Below, piece after piece: positions 16,948-26,898 of a stretch of DNA of 64,000 nucleotides. Positions within the stretch are counted from its first letter, which is position 1. The number at the start of each line of letters is the position of its first letter. The notes under the pieces are model-generated. The model did not search any database, had not been told where the DNA came from, and saw only the letters and a program-made list of their open reading frames with translations. The DNA comes from Escherichia phage OES_C-1. The position numbers and the translations under genes were made by a program. The stretch lies in the sequence record PQ553088, one strand, 5' to 3'.

Positions 16948-17952
16948 TTAACTTACCAATTCAATCCAAGCCGGACGAAGTACATCTTGTACCATTTTAA
17001 CTAATTCCTTTTTAATCAAAGAAGGATTATCCGCTTGAGTTAGAGTAATACCTTCACGAGAAGTTTCTTCCAAAATATCTTGAACAGTTAGTCCCATCAC
17101 CTTTCCAAAATCCTTCGGACCAATTTCACCAATTTTAGAAATAACATTATTTACTCGGTTCAGTGTAACGTAGCAAGCTAAAATTCCCACCAATTTGTTA
17201 TCAGCTTCTGATAGTTCAACTTTAGCTTTAATAGGCTTATCAGACTTTTTCTTTTCACTAAATTTGGAATTCTTGCATTTGATGGCTACACGATTTCCAT
17301 TATGAAGCCAAGAAGGATAACAAGGTTTCAATACATATCCTTCAGCGGTAAATACTTCGCCTTTGGCTTCAGCTTTCCAAACACATTTGTTAGCGTCAAC
17401 TAATCCAGCATGGTCTACTGTAAAATTATAATCTTGGACGACAGAATCTAAATCATTTGGCAATTTAATAAGTTCTTCAAATTTACCACGACCTAAAAGT
17501 GGAGCCATTTTAAATTTAAATGTATTACAGAATGATTCCATCATATAATCATCGACATAAGTTACATCACCACTTTCTGTAGTGACAATAATGTCAAATA
17601 CATAAAAATCTTTATCGCCATAATCGACATTCTTCTGAATGCCAGGTCCAGCGAATTCGCCAAAGACTTGATAAGATACAACCGCTGAGGTTTCCATAAT
17701 ATCTTGTACTGCTTTAATAGAATCTTCGTAATTCTTTAGAATAATTTCATACCCAAAGAAATCTTCAGCAGGAAGAATCGGTCCAGTACGTTTAGCGCAA
17801 GTTACTTTATCACGCTCAATAATCAATGAGAAATTTGTGCCGTGAATCTTTTCACGAGCTACCCACTCCCCACCAGTCAATCCCAAGCTATAAAGTTTTT
17901 CAATAAATTTAGAGTTGTAATGATTTTCAAGACTGCTATACTTTTTAAACAT
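16948..17952 (-). CDS. rnlB: RNA ligase 2
   Basis: 334 aa; nucleotidyltransferase motif I KIHGTN. Confidence 0.9.
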   Translation of the reverse strand: MFKKYSSLENHYNSKFIEKLYSLGLTGGEWVAREKIHGTNFSLIIERDKVTCAKRTGPILPAEDFFGYEIILKNYEDSIKAVQDIMETSAVVSYQVFGEFAGPGIQKNVDYGDKDFYVFDIIVTTESGDVTYVDDYMMESFCNTFKFKMAPLLGRGKFEELIKLPNDLDSVVQDYNFTVDHAGLVDANKCVWKAEAKGEVFTAEGYVLKPCYPSWLHNGNRVAIKCKNSKFSEKKKSDKPIKAKVELSEADNKLVGILACYVTLNRVNNVISKIGEIGPKDFGKVMGLTVQDILEETSREGITLTQADNPSLIKKELVKMVQDVLRPAWIELVS

Positions 17953-17961
17953 AATTAATCC

Positions 17962-18240
17962 TCAAAATGTAATTTCTAACCAATCACCATCACGCTGATC
18001 ACTATTGACTTTAAAGCTGAATCCTTCTTTTCTCAGCCAATCACCAATTTCTTCAGTAATCAATTTATCACGAGCAATACAATAATAACTAAAATGTGTT
18101 TTACCTTGTTCAGCTGCTTTATTAGCAAGTTCCGAAAAATCTTTAATAAAACACTCTAGCTTAAACTGTTTACTTTTAAGTGCTTTTTCGCGCAATTGAT
18201 TAGCAAAAGATTCATTTTCATAAAGATCATACTGTTCCAT
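17962..18240 (-). CDS. hypothetical protein (T4 24.2 position)
   Basis: 92-aa ORF, tight packing after rnlB. Confidence 0.55.
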   Translation of the reverse strand: MEQYDLYENESFANQLREKALKSKQFKLECFIKDFSELANKAAEQGKTHFSYYCIARDKLITEEIGDWLRKEGFSFKVNSDQRDGDWLEITF

Positions 18241-18442
18241 TTTTCACCTTTTTATTGATATGTCTTTTTCTATAGACGACTTTTTCTCGAGTTTCAAATT
18301 TATTTTTAGCAGTCATAGCTCGAGCCCATAATACAGCCACTTCTTTTGCCTGTAAGTTTAATTCACGAGCAATTTCAATGAATGACTTTCCAGACTCATG
18401 AAGAGTAAACACCACAACCTCAGTTCTCATAATCAATCTCAT
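18227..18442 (-). CDS. hypothetical protein (T4 24.3 position)
   Basis: 71-aa ORF overlapping the previous by 14 nt. Confidence 0.55.
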   Translation of the reverse strand: MRLIMRTEVVVFTLHESGKSFIEIARELNLQAKEVAVLWARAMTAKNKFETREKVVYRKRHINKKVKNGTV

Positions 18443-18494
18443 GTTATCGAGTTGATGCCATTATATACATCATTTTCTGAGTATGTTTTGTGTG

Positions 18495-18526
18495 CTTTCA
18501 AAATGAAGAAAGGGGCCGAAGCCCCT
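18495..18526 (-). terminator. terminator-like hairpin after hoc
   Basis: AGGGGC-CGAA-GCCCCT with U-rich tract on the minus strand. Confidence 0.5.
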
Positions 18527-18537
18527 TATGATTATGA

Positions 18538-19956
18538 TTATGGATAGGTATAGATGATACCAGTTTCTAAAGCAGTTTTATGAATGATGTATCCATTACG
18601 CGATTCTTGAACATCAACTTCTGGATAGTCTTTCATCATCTTCTGAAGAGTGTAACGATGTAGGTAATATTTACTATCTGGGTCGTCAGTTTTCCAATCT
18701 TTACCTTCTTCGGTCATTTTTTGGATTTCATCCATAACCCACCAACCGCACCAGATATAAGCTGAAGTACGATGTGGAAGAGGATGAACATAAGGTAGTT
18801 CACCTTCTGGTTCCGGAGCAACTTTATCAGTCACTTGAACTTGACCTGTGGCTTTAACTGTTTTACTATCATAGTCAGTTGCTGTAACGACAGCAGTAAC
18901 TTCAATAGTTTGACTTCCAATAGATGAGGTATCAACAGTATATACGTTAGTTGACCCTTCTACAGGAGAAGAATCTTTCTTCCATGAGTAAGTAATTTGT
19001 GCTGCTTCAGGTGCGCCAGTAACATTAGCAGTAAATGTAGCCGAAGCATCTTGCTGAACATTAATAGAAGGAGGAGTCAATGTAACCTGTGGATTCATTG
19101 TCTTCTTATTAACTGTCAATGATACTTCATTAGAAGTAACTGTTTTTGCGTCGTAATCCGTTGCTGTTACTTGGGCTATACATTTAATTTTTTTAACTCC
19201 AGCCACAGTTGGAGTATAGTTAAATGTAGAGTTAGTTTCTCCACCAACTTGTGAATCATCTACATACCACTGATACGTAGCAGACGCTCCATCAGGTTGA
19301 GAAGCTAATGCAGCAGTAAATTGAACCGGGGTTCCAATTACTCCAGCAGCAGGACTAGCAGGAGTTACTGCCAAGGTAGTTGTCTGCGTCTTTTTATTAA
19401 CAGTCAGTGACACTTCATTAGAAGTAACTTCCTTTGTATCATAATCTGCCGCGGTTACTTGAGCTACACACTTAATTGTTTTAACTCCGCTTGTAGTAGG
19501 AGTATAATTGAATGTAGCAGAAGTTGCTTCGCTCACAGGAGAACCGTCAACGTACCATTGATACGTAGCAGATGCGCCCGATGGCTGTGAAGCTAAGGCA
19601 GCAGTAAATTCAACAGCTGTTCCGATTACTCCTTCTGGAGGACTATTAGGAGTTACAGCTAAGGTAGTTGTCTGTGTCTTATTTTGAACTGTGATAGTTG
19701 TACTAATTTCAGCTGTTTCAGCATCAGTATCTGGAACTGGGTTTGTTGCAACTACTTTAATAGTTTTTTGACCGGCAGGTCCTTTTAGTACATAACTAAA
19801 AGTTGCAGATGTTTCTTCCTGTGGAACATCATCTACAGTCCAAGCATATGTAATAGGTCCATCTCCAGTTTCACCACTGGGTGTAGCAGTAAACTGCTGA
19901 GTCTGATCTATAACTCCAGTAGGTGTTTTAGGAGTTATATCAACTGTAAAAGCCAT
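18538..19956 (-). CDS. hoc: highly immunogenic outer capsid protein Hoc, with an extra Ig-like domain
   Basis: 472 aa; N-terminal Ig-like domains and C-terminal capsid-binding region as in T4 Hoc; contains a 96-aa tandem duplication. Confidence 0.9.
   Translation of the reverse strand: MAFTVDITPKTPTGVIDQTQQFTATPSGETGDGPITYAWTVDDVPQEETSATFSYVLKGPAGQKTIKVVATNPVPDTDAETAEISTTITVQNKTQTTTLAVTPNSPPEGVIGTAVEFTAALASQPSGASATYQWYVDGSPVSEATSATFNYTPTTSGVKTIKCVAQVTAADYDTKEVTSNEVSLTVNKKTQTTTLAVTPASPAAGVIGTPVQFTAALASQPDGASATYQWYVDDSQVGGETNSTFNYTPTVAGVKKIKCIAQVTATDYDAKTVTSNEVSLTVNKKTMNPQVTLTPPSINVQQDASATFTANVTGAPEAAQITYSWKKDSSPVEGSTNVYTVDTSSIGSQTIEVTAVVTATDYDSKTVKATGQVQVTDKVAPEPEGELPYVHPLPHRTSAYIWCGWWVMDEIQKMTEEGKDWKTDDPDSKYYLHRYTLQKMMKDYPEVDVQESRNGYIIHKTALETGIIYTYP
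19102..19677 (-). repeat. intragenic tandem duplication (2 x 288 bp) encoding two Ig-like domains of Hoc
   Basis: Protein residues 94-189 and 190-285 are near-identical (TQTTTLAVTP...SLTVNKK); the DNA copies are clearly related. Confidence 0.85.
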
Positions 19957-19965
19957 AAGTTATCC

Positions 19966-20646
19966 TTATTTTAATGTTACGAAAGAAGAATTACGTGTTT
20001 CACGAATTAGAACTGATCCGTCACGATTAATGTAGTAAATTAAGCTAAATAAAGTTTGATGTGCCGACGCGTGTTCAAAACTAGTTGGGTGAGATTTCCA
20101 ATCCGGAGTTTCAGCGATCCATTGATAAATCCACCAAGGAACCGTACAGAATCCTGGATTTTTTCCAATCAGCTGAAGATTCGGACTAAAGTTTTCCGGA
20201 AGAGTAAATACAGACGGCTTTTCAGATTCAATAATCTCAGCTACAGCCTGTTCGAATTTTTCTTCAACAAAAGGAGTATCTTCAATCAAAACATCGGTAT
20301 TTTCAGGAATTTTATCCGTTTCTACTACTTCAATTTTAATGTCAGATTTAACCGGAGAATCAATCAGAAGCGCTGCTTCTGGATTGACTTCTTCATCGTC
20401 ATATTTTAATCCCTCTGCGGCATCAGCAGCATTGATTAAGTCTTTAATAGATAACCCATCAGTCTCTGGCATAGGTTCACTAGCGAGCTTCTGGAGGGCT
20501 TCTTCAATATCATTAACGATATTATCAAAAGATTTATTCTTTTTGACCTTTATACCAAACTGTTCAGCATATTCAGCTAATTTAGCTTTAGCTTCTTTAT
20601 TATCATCAAGAGCCTTCAGCTCTGCAATATAATCTTTATCTATCAT
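19966..20646 (-). CDS. inh: Inh, inhibitor of prohead protease
   Basis: 226 aa, T4 length and position downstream of hoc. Confidence 0.8.
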   Translation of the reverse strand: MIDKDYIAELKALDDNKEAKAKLAEYAEQFGIKVKKNKSFDNIVNDIEEALQKLASEPMPETDGLSIKDLINAADAAEGLKYDDEEVNPEAALLIDSPVKSDIKIEVVETDKIPENTDVLIEDTPFVEEKFEQAVAEIIESEKPSVFTLPENFSPNLQLIGKNPGFCTVPWWIYQWIAETPDWKSHPTSFEHASAHQTLFSLIYYINRDGSVLIRETRNSSFVTLK

Positions 20647-20659
20647 AATATTTCCTCAG

Positions 20660-20667
20660 TATAAATA
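20660..20667 (+). promoter_or_regulatory. late promoter TATAAATA (uvsW)
   Basis: Exact TATAAATA 30 nt before uvsW ATG. Confidence 0.55.
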
Positions 20668-20696
20668 TAGATATATTTATTACATGGTATTTAGAC

Positions 20697-22208
20697 ATGA
20701 CTGACATTAAAGTACATTTTTATGATTTTAGTCACGTGAGAATTGATTGTGAAGAAAGTACATTTCATGAACTCCGTGATTTCTTTAGCTTCGAAGCTGA
20801 CGGGTATCGGTTTAATCCTCGCTTCAGATATGGCAACTGGGATGGACGAATCCGTCTTTTAGATTATAATCGCCTTCTTCCATTCGGCTTAGTTGGGCAA
20901 ATTAAAAAGTTCTGCGATAACTTTGGCTATAAAGCTTGGATTGACCCGCAAATTAACGAAAAAGAAGAATTATCAAGAAAAGATTTTGATGAATGGCTTT
21001 CTAAATTAGAAATCTATTCAGGAAATAAAAGAATTGAACCGCATTGGTATCAAAAAGATGCAGTGTTCGAAGGGTTAGTTAATCGTCGTAGAATTCTTAA
21101 TCTTCCAACATCCGCAGGTAAATCTTTAATTCAAGCTTTGCTTGCACGTTATTATTTGGAAAATTATGAAGGTAAAATTCTTATCATTGTTCCAACAACT
21201 GCTCTGACAACTCAGATGGCTGATGACTTTGTTGACTATCGTTTATTCAGTCATGCAATGATAAAGAAAATCGGTGGTGGAGCATCAAAAGATGATAAAT
21301 ATAAAAATGATGCACCGGTAATTGTTGGTACATGGCAAACTGTAGTAAAACAACCAAAAGAATGGTTCTCGCAGTTTGGAATGATGATGAATGATGAATG
21401 CCATCTTGCCACAGGAAAAAGTATTTCATCTATCATATCAGGTTTAAATAACTGCATGTTCAAATTCGGTTTGTCTGGTTCATTACGTGATGGCAAAGCC
21501 AATATCATGCAGTATGTTGGAATGTTTGGTGAAATATTTAAGCCAGTAACGACTTCTAAATTAATGGAAGATGGACAAGTAACTGAGTTAAAAATTAATA
21601 GTATTTTTCTTCGCTATCCCGATGAGTTCACTACTAAATTAAAGGGAAAAACTTACCAAGAAGAAATAAAAATTATTACTGGGCTCAGTAAAAGAAATAA
21701 ATGGATCGCTAAATTAGCTATTAAACTTGCGCAAAAAGATGAAAACGCTTTTGTCATGTTTAAGCATGTATCACACGGTAAAGCTATTTTCGATTTAATT
21801 AAAAATGAATACGATAAAGTTTATTACGTATCAGGGGAAGTTGATACTGAAACACGCAACGTAATGAAAACCTTAGCTGAAAATGGTAAAGGAATAATTA
21901 TAGTAGCTAGTTATGGTGTATTTTCTACTGGTATTTCAGTTAAAAATCTGCATCACGTTGTTTTAGCGCACGGTGTTAAATCAAAAATCATTGTATTACA
22001 AACAATCGGTCGTGTATTACGTAAGCATGGTTCTAAAACAATCGCAACGGTCTGGGACCTCATTGATGACGCGGGCGTAGTTTCTAAATCAAAAACATCT
22101 TCTAAAAAATACTCGCATTTGAACTATCTTTTAAAACACGGCATTGATCGTATTCAGCGCTACGCAGATGAAAAATTTAATTACGTAATGAAAACAGTTA
22201 ATTTATAA
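20697..22208 (+). CDS. uvsW: UvsW DNA/RNA helicase
   Basis: 503 aa; helicase motifs LPTSAGKS and DECH. Confidence 0.9.
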   Translation: MTDIKVHFYDFSHVRIDCEESTFHELRDFFSFEADGYRFNPRFRYGNWDGRIRLLDYNRLLPFGLVGQIKKFCDNFGYKAWIDPQINEKEELSRKDFDEWLSKLEIYSGNKRIEPHWYQKDAVFEGLVNRRRILNLPTSAGKSLIQALLARYYLENYEGKILIIVPTTALTTQMADDFVDYRLFSHAMIKKIGGGASKDDKYKNDAPVIVGTWQTVVKQPKEWFSQFGMMMNDECHLATGKSISSIISGLNNCMFKFGLSGSLRDGKANIMQYVGMFGEIFKPVTTSKLMEDGQVTELKINSIFLRYPDEFTTKLKGKTYQEEIKIITGLSKRNKWIAKLAIKLAQKDENAFVMFKHVSHGKAIFDLIKNEYDKVYYVSGEVDTETRNVMKTLAENGKGIIIVASYGVFSTGISVKNLHHVVLAHGVKSKIIVLQTIGRVLRKHGSKTIATVWDLIDDAGVVSKSKTSSKKYSHLNYLLKHGIDRIQRYADEKFNYVMKTVNL

Positions 22209-22233
22209 GGGCTTCGGCCCTTTGGAGAAAAAG

Positions 22234-22464
22234 ATGTTACTAGAATTTAAACAATTTCTTTATGAAGCTTCTATTGATGAATTTATGGGTAAAATTGCCT
22301 CTTGCCAAACATTAGAAGGTCTAGAAGAACTTGAAGCTTATTATAAGAAAAGAGTTAAAGAAACTGAATTAAAAGATACTGATGACATCTCTGTGAGAGA
22401 TGCTTTGGCAGGAAAAAGAGCTGAATTAGAAGATTCAGACGATGAAGTAGAAGAAAACTTTTAA
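22234..22464 (+). CDS. uvsW.1: UvsW.1 small acidic protein
   Basis: 76 aa from ATG 22234 with GGAG RBS; the track start at 22222 is a TTG. Confidence 0.7.
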   Translation: MLLEFKQFLYEASIDEFMGKIASCQTLEGLEELEAYYKKRVKETELKDTDDISVRDALAGKRAELEDSDDEVEENF

Positions 22465-22520
22465 ATTAAAAAAGGCCCAACCAAAAAAGGAAGGGCCAAA
22501 ACTATAGACTAAAGGTCACA

Positions 22521-22688
22521 CTATAGCAAAAGTTGTGTTTCATTTAATTGTTCTTCAGAACTTTCTGAAACTGGTAGTTCTTTAATGTAATTATAGCAAG
22601 GCCCAGGATGTACAGGACCTTTGTCTGTTTCAACAACCAATGCAGAATCGATTGGAGTTTTACAGACAACACAAATCTTATCTGACAT
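22521..22688 (-). CDS. small hypothetical protein (uvsY.-2 position), CxxC-containing
   Basis: 55-aa ORF MSDKICVVCKTP... found by manual translation; below the track length cut-off. Confidence 0.45.
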   Translation of the reverse strand: MSDKICVVCKTPIDSALVVETDKGPVHPGPCYNYIKELPVSESSEEQLNETQLLL

Positions 22689-22716
22689 GATTGTCTCCTC
22701 TAAATTATATATCTAT

Positions 22717-22941
22717 TTATATAACTCTCATATGCATATCAATGCCCATATCTTTAGAATAAAAATATTCATCAAGATATCCGGCAAATTTTCCTTTAAT
22801 ATAAAGTACATCTTCACCGCATGGGTGGTCGGCCAGGATACGAATATCCTGACGCTTGAGATTATACTTTTTCATTAAGAATTGAATTTCCGTTTCGAAT
22901 TCTTCTTCATAATTAAAAGCATCATCAATGCTATATTTCAT
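22717..22941 (-). CDS. hypothetical protein (uvsY.-1 position)
   Basis: 74-aa ORF; start overlaps uvsY stop. Confidence 0.6.
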   Translation of the reverse strand: MKYSIDDAFNYEEEFETEIQFLMKKYNLKRQDIRILADHPCGEDVLYIKGKFAGYLDEYFYSKDMGIDMHMRVI

Positions 22942-23354
22942 TATTTTCCAGCCTCAAATGCTCGCATGTCTTGAATATGCTTAATAGCAAATCCACGTGA
23001 TTTAATAGCATCAAGAGCTCCGCTACAGAAATCCAATAAAATTCCCCAATATTGTAATGAAGTATCAACTTTTAAAACATCCTTATCAGCTGATAGAACT
23101 GTCTTCATTTCTGATTTCTCATAACGATCCATACTAAATTCATCGCCATCTCCTCGTCCCGAGTAGTAGTCTAATTTAGCTTTAAGAGCAACTTTTTTCT
23201 GTGCTTCAATTCTAAGCATTTCCTTTTTAATACTTGAATGCTTATTAAGCCATTTACTATATAACATCACATTATTAGCTGCTTCATACTGTAATTTAGT
23301 CGAATCTATAAACACATCTTTCTTCAATTCTTCTTGAAGATCTTCTAATCTCAT
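22941..23354 (-). CDS. uvsY: UvsY recombination mediator
   Basis: 137 aa; MotA-box middle promoter upstream. Confidence 0.9.
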   Translation of the reverse strand: MRLEDLQEELKKDVFIDSTKLQYEAANNVMLYSKWLNKHSSIKKEMLRIEAQKKVALKAKLDYYSGRGDGDEFSMDRYEKSEMKTVLSADKDVLKVDTSLQYWGILLDFCSGALDAIKSRGFAIKHIQDMRAFEAGK

Positions 23355-23394
23355 ATTGTTCTCTATTCAATTGTTATTGGATGGACTTAGATTC

Positions 23395-23422
23395 ATTATA
23401 CCACGTTTATACGTGAAGCATT
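23395..23422 (-). promoter_or_regulatory. MotA-dependent middle promoter for uvsY
   Basis: Minus strand AATGCTTCA MotA box (23414-23422), 13-nt spacer, TATAAT (23395-23400). Confidence 0.65.
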
Positions 23423-23819
23423 ATACTCTGTTACTGGAAGCTAGTTGTAGTTTTATCTGCTCAATATCATCAGGGTTATCGATGACCGAAAAGCGTATTT
23501 CTACTATCAGAGTATAATCATCATAAACTGGTATTACATTAACTGCTAATTTATCAATACGCGGCTCGTAGTTTCTTACTGCGCTTTCGATGTTACGTTC
23601 AACTGTATCAGCAGTAAGAGGAGTCATATTCTCAAAAAGTTGATCAGATAAATCGCATCCAAATTCTGGGTCAAACGGTCTCGACCCTTTCCTGGTTGTA
23701 ATAATTCCTAAAAGACTGTTTTTAATTGACCTTAATCCAAGAGATCTAGAAACATCTTTGTCCCAATCCATTTTCATTTCTGGGTCAATGTCAGAATAAA
23801 GCTTATTAATATTTGCCAT
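23421..23819 (-). CDS. 25: baseplate wedge protein gp25
   Basis: 132 aa, T4 order/length. Confidence 0.9.
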   Translation of the reverse strand: MANINKLYSDIDPEMKMDWDKDVSRSLGLRSIKNSLLGIITTRKGSRPFDPEFGCDLSDQLFENMTPLTADTVERNIESAVRNYEPRIDKLAVNVIPVYDDYTLIVEIRFSVIDNPDDIEQIKLQLASSNRV

Positions 23820-24445
23820 TACAATAGCTCAAAGAATTCTTTGAGCCCTCTTATTACATGAGCATGAGTTTTTCCACACTCTGGACACTTAATTGGAACA
23901 GCCAAATAAACAGTAGGTTTTAAAAGCATATCTTTTATAGCTACAATATCTGACTCTGTGATGATAGAATATAAATCTTCCAATTCTTTTTCATTTAAGT
24001 CTTCAACTGGAATGCTTTCCCCGTTAGCATGAATCGTTTCTATGCATGATACTATCATGTGGGCTATATTTTTATCATCAAAAATTTTAGGGTAATGGAA
24101 CTTAATTTTAATGTCACCCAGTGTATACCAGAGGTCTTCTGGTGCATCTATTTGCGTATGTAATAGATTTATATGGGTTGGTATTTCAGTTCCACAGGTG
24201 CACTTCCAGGAGTTTTCGTGATTAACTTCCCCAAGAGAATGTGCCCATAAATGAATCAACAAGAGTTCTGATTCTTGGCGGTTTAAATCTTTTGCATTTG
24301 TACAATCTTTAATTAGCTTTTTAACGATCTCTTCTACTGAACCGTTCTTTTTAGCAGTAATAAGTTCTAGATATTCTTTAAGAGTAAATGCGCGACAGTT
24401 GATTATTTTAGAACCAACTCTCACATCAAATTTGTATTCATACAT
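23819..24445 (-). CDS. 26: baseplate hub protein gp26
   Basis: 208 aa; late promoter upstream. Confidence 0.9.
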   Translation of the reverse strand: MYEYKFDVRVGSKIINCRAFTLKEYLELITAKKNGSVEEIVKKLIKDCTNAKDLNRQESELLLIHLWAHSLGEVNHENSWKCTCGTEIPTHINLLHTQIDAPEDLWYTLGDIKIKFHYPKIFDDKNIAHMIVSCIETIHANGESIPVEDLNEKELEDLYSIITESDIVAIKDMLLKPTVYLAVPIKCPECGKTHAHVIRGLKEFFELL

Positions 24446-24466
24446 ATTTAGCTCCTTTATTTATCA

Positions 24467-24474
24467 TATTTATA
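24467..24474 (-). promoter_or_regulatory. late promoter TATAAATA (genes 26-25)
   Basis: Plus TATTTATA reads TATAAATA on the minus strand, 22 nt before gene 26 ATG. Confidence 0.55.
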
Positions 24475-24478
24475 AATA
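24471..24478 (+). promoter_or_regulatory. late promoter TATAAATA (gene 51 operon)
   Basis: Exact TATAAATA 18 nt before gene 51 ATG; overlaps the divergent minus-strand box. Confidence 0.55.
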
Positions 24479-24495
24479 GAATAAAAGGAGCATCT

Positions 24496-25245
24496 ATGGC
24501 AAACATTATTCGTTGTAAATTACCAGATGGTGTTCATCGTTTTAAACCATTTACGGTAGAAGATTATCGAGATTTTTTGTTAGTTCGAAACGATATAGAA
24601 CATCGGTCACCACAAGAACAAAAAGAAATAATTGCTGATTTAATTGCCGATTATTTTGGAGACTATCCGAAGACTTGGCAACCATTTATATTTTTGCAGG
24701 TATTTGTAGGGTCAATAGGTAAAACTAAAGTACCGGTCACATTTGTATGTCCAAAATGTAAAAAGGAAAAGACAGTTCCATTTGAAATATATCAAAAAGA
24801 ATTAAAGGAACCTGTTTTTGATGTAGCTAATGTTAAAATTAAATTAAAGTTTCCTTCTGAGTTTTATGAAAATAAAGCAAAGATGATTACTGAAAATATT
24901 CATTCTGTTCAAGTAGATGAAACATGGTATGATTGGAAGGAAATTAGTGAATCAAGTCAAATAGAACTTGTTGATGCCATCGAGATAGAAACATTAGAAA
25001 AAATTCTCGATGCAATGAATCCTATTAATTTAACGCTACACATGTCCTGCTGCGACAAGTACGTAAAAAAATACACTGATATAGTAGATGTGTTTAAGCT
25101 ATTAGTTAACCCAGATGAAATATTTACTTTTTATCAAATTAATCACACACTCGTAAAAAGTAATTATAGCTTAAATTCAATAATGAAAATGATTCCTGCC
25201 GAGCGCGGATTCGTATTAAAACTGATTGAGAAGGATAAACAATAA
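24496..25245 (+). CDS. 51: baseplate hub assembly protein gp51
   Basis: 249 aa; late promoter 24471-24478. Confidence 0.9.
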   Translation: MANIIRCKLPDGVHRFKPFTVEDYRDFLLVRNDIEHRSPQEQKEIIADLIADYFGDYPKTWQPFIFLQVFVGSIGKTKVPVTFVCPKCKKEKTVPFEIYQKELKEPVFDVANVKIKLKFPSEFYENKAKMITENIHSVQVDETWYDWKEISESSQIELVDAIEIETLEKILDAMNPINLTLHMSCCDKYVKKYTDIVDVFKLLVNPDEIFTFYQINHTLVKSNYSLNSIMKMIPAERGFVLKLIEKDKQ

Positions 25246-26420
25246 TGAGTATGTTGCAACGCCCAGGATATCCAAATCTCAGCGTTAAATTATTTGATAG
25301 CTACGACGCTTGGAGTAATAATAGATTTGTTGAATTAGCTGCTACTATTACCACATTAACTATGCGGGATTCTCTTTATGGCCGAAATGAAGGAATGCTG
25401 CAGTTTTATGATTCTAAAAATATCCATACAAAAATGGATGGAAATGAAATAATTCAGATTTCTGTAGCTAATGCAAACGATATTAATAATGTTAAAACAA
25501 GAATTTATGGATGTAAGCATTTTTCCGTGTCAGTAGATTCAAAGGGTGATAACATCATTGCTATTGAATTGGGAACTATTCATTCTATAGAAAATCTTAA
25601 ATTTGGTAGACCGTTTTTCCCTGATGCAGGTGAATCTATAAAGGAAATGCTTGGCGTCATTTATCAAGATCGCACATTATTAACTCCAGCAATAAATGCT
25701 ATAAATGCTTATGTTCCTGATATTCCGTGGACTAGCACATTTGAAAACTATTTGTCATATGTCAGAGAAGTTGCTCTAGCTGTAGGAAGTGACAAATTTG
25801 TATTTGTATGGCAAGACATCATGGGAGTTAATATGATGGACTATGATATGATGATAAATCAAGAACCGTATCCAATGATTGTCGGTGAGCCATCTTTAAT
25901 AGGTCAATTCATCCAAGAATTAAAATATCCATTGGCATATGATTTCGTTTGGTTGACTAAATCGAATCCTCACAAACGTGACCCAATGAAAAACGCTACT
26001 ATCTATGCTCATTCATTTTTAGATTCTTCATTGCCAATGATTACTACAGGAAAGGGCGAAAACTCTATTGTCGTGTCAAGGTCAGGTGCTTATTCTGAAA
26101 TGACTTATAGGAATGGATATGAAGAAGCTATTCGTCTTCAAACTATGGCGCAATACGATGGCTATGCTAAATGTTCTACTGTCGGTAATTTTAACTTGAC
26201 ACCTGGCGTTAAAATTATTTTTAATGATAGTAAAAACCAATTTAAAACAGAATTTTACGTTGATGAAGTTATCCACGAATTATCCAATAATAATTCAGTA
26301 ACTCATCTATATATGTTCACTAATGCAACGAAACTGGAAACAATAGACCCAGTTAAGGTTAAAAATGAATTTAAATCTGATACTACCACTGAAGAAAGTA
26401 GTTCTTCCAATAAGCAATAA
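25245..26420 (+). CDS. 27: baseplate hub protein gp27
   Basis: 391 aa. Confidence 0.9.
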   Translation: MSMLQRPGYPNLSVKLFDSYDAWSNNRFVELAATITTLTMRDSLYGRNEGMLQFYDSKNIHTKMDGNEIIQISVANANDINNVKTRIYGCKHFSVSVDSKGDNIIAIELGTIHSIENLKFGRPFFPDAGESIKEMLGVIYQDRTLLTPAINAINAYVPDIPWTSTFENYLSYVREVALAVGSDKFVFVWQDIMGVNMMDYDMMINQEPYPMIVGEPSLIGQFIQELKYPLAYDFVWLTKSNPHKRDPMKNATIYAHSFLDSSLPMITTGKGENSIVVSRSGAYSEMTYRNGYEEAIRLQTMAQYDGYAKCSTVGNFNLTPGVKIIFNDSKNQFKTEFYVDEVIHELSNNNSVTHLYMFTNATKLETIDPVKVKNEFKSDTTTEESSSSNKQ

Positions 26421-26898
26421 AGAAGTTTCTATTCCTAAAATGGGTCTTAAACATTATAACATTTTAAAAGATGTTAAAGGTCCTGATGAAAATTTAAAAC
26501 TTCTTATTGATTCTATTTGTCCGAATTTATCACCGGCAGAAGTTGATTTCGTTTCTATTCATTTATTGGAATTTAATGGAAAGATTAAATCTCGCAAAGA
26601 AATAGATGGTTATACTTATGACATTAATGATGTTTATGTATGCCAAAGATTGGAATTTCAATACCAAGGAAATACATTTTATTTTAGACCGCCTGGAAAA
26701 TTTGAACAATTTTTAACTGTGAGCGATATGTTATCCAAATGCTTGCTTAAGGTCAATGATGAAGTTAAAGAAATTAATTTTCTTGAGATGCCAGCATTCG
26801 TTTTAAAATGGGCAAATGATATTTTTACAACTTTAGCAATTCCTGGCCCTAATGGTCCAATAACCGGAATTGGCAATATTATTGGATTATTTGAATGA
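26365..26898 (+). CDS. 28: baseplate hub distal subunit gp28
   Basis: 177 aa; overlaps gene 27 by 56 nt. Confidence 0.85.
   Translation: MNLNLILPLKKVVLPISNKEVSIPKMGLKHYNILKDVKGPDENLKLLIDSICPNLSPAEVDFVSIHLLEFNGKIKSRKEIDGYTYDINDVYVCQRLEFQYQGNTFYFRPPGKFEQFLTVSDMLSKCLLKVNDEVKEINFLEMPAFVLKWANDIFTTLAIPGPNGPITGIGNIIGLFE

Noticed and set aside
20056-20632. Plus-strand ORFs (117 and 97 aa) overlapping inh
   Set aside because: Antisense to the inh ORF, low-complexity translations, no start signals.
22222-22233. Track start of uvsW.1 at 22222
   Set aside because: Codon 22222-22224 is TTG and overlaps the GGAG RBS; the ATG at 22234 gives the expected 76-aa product.
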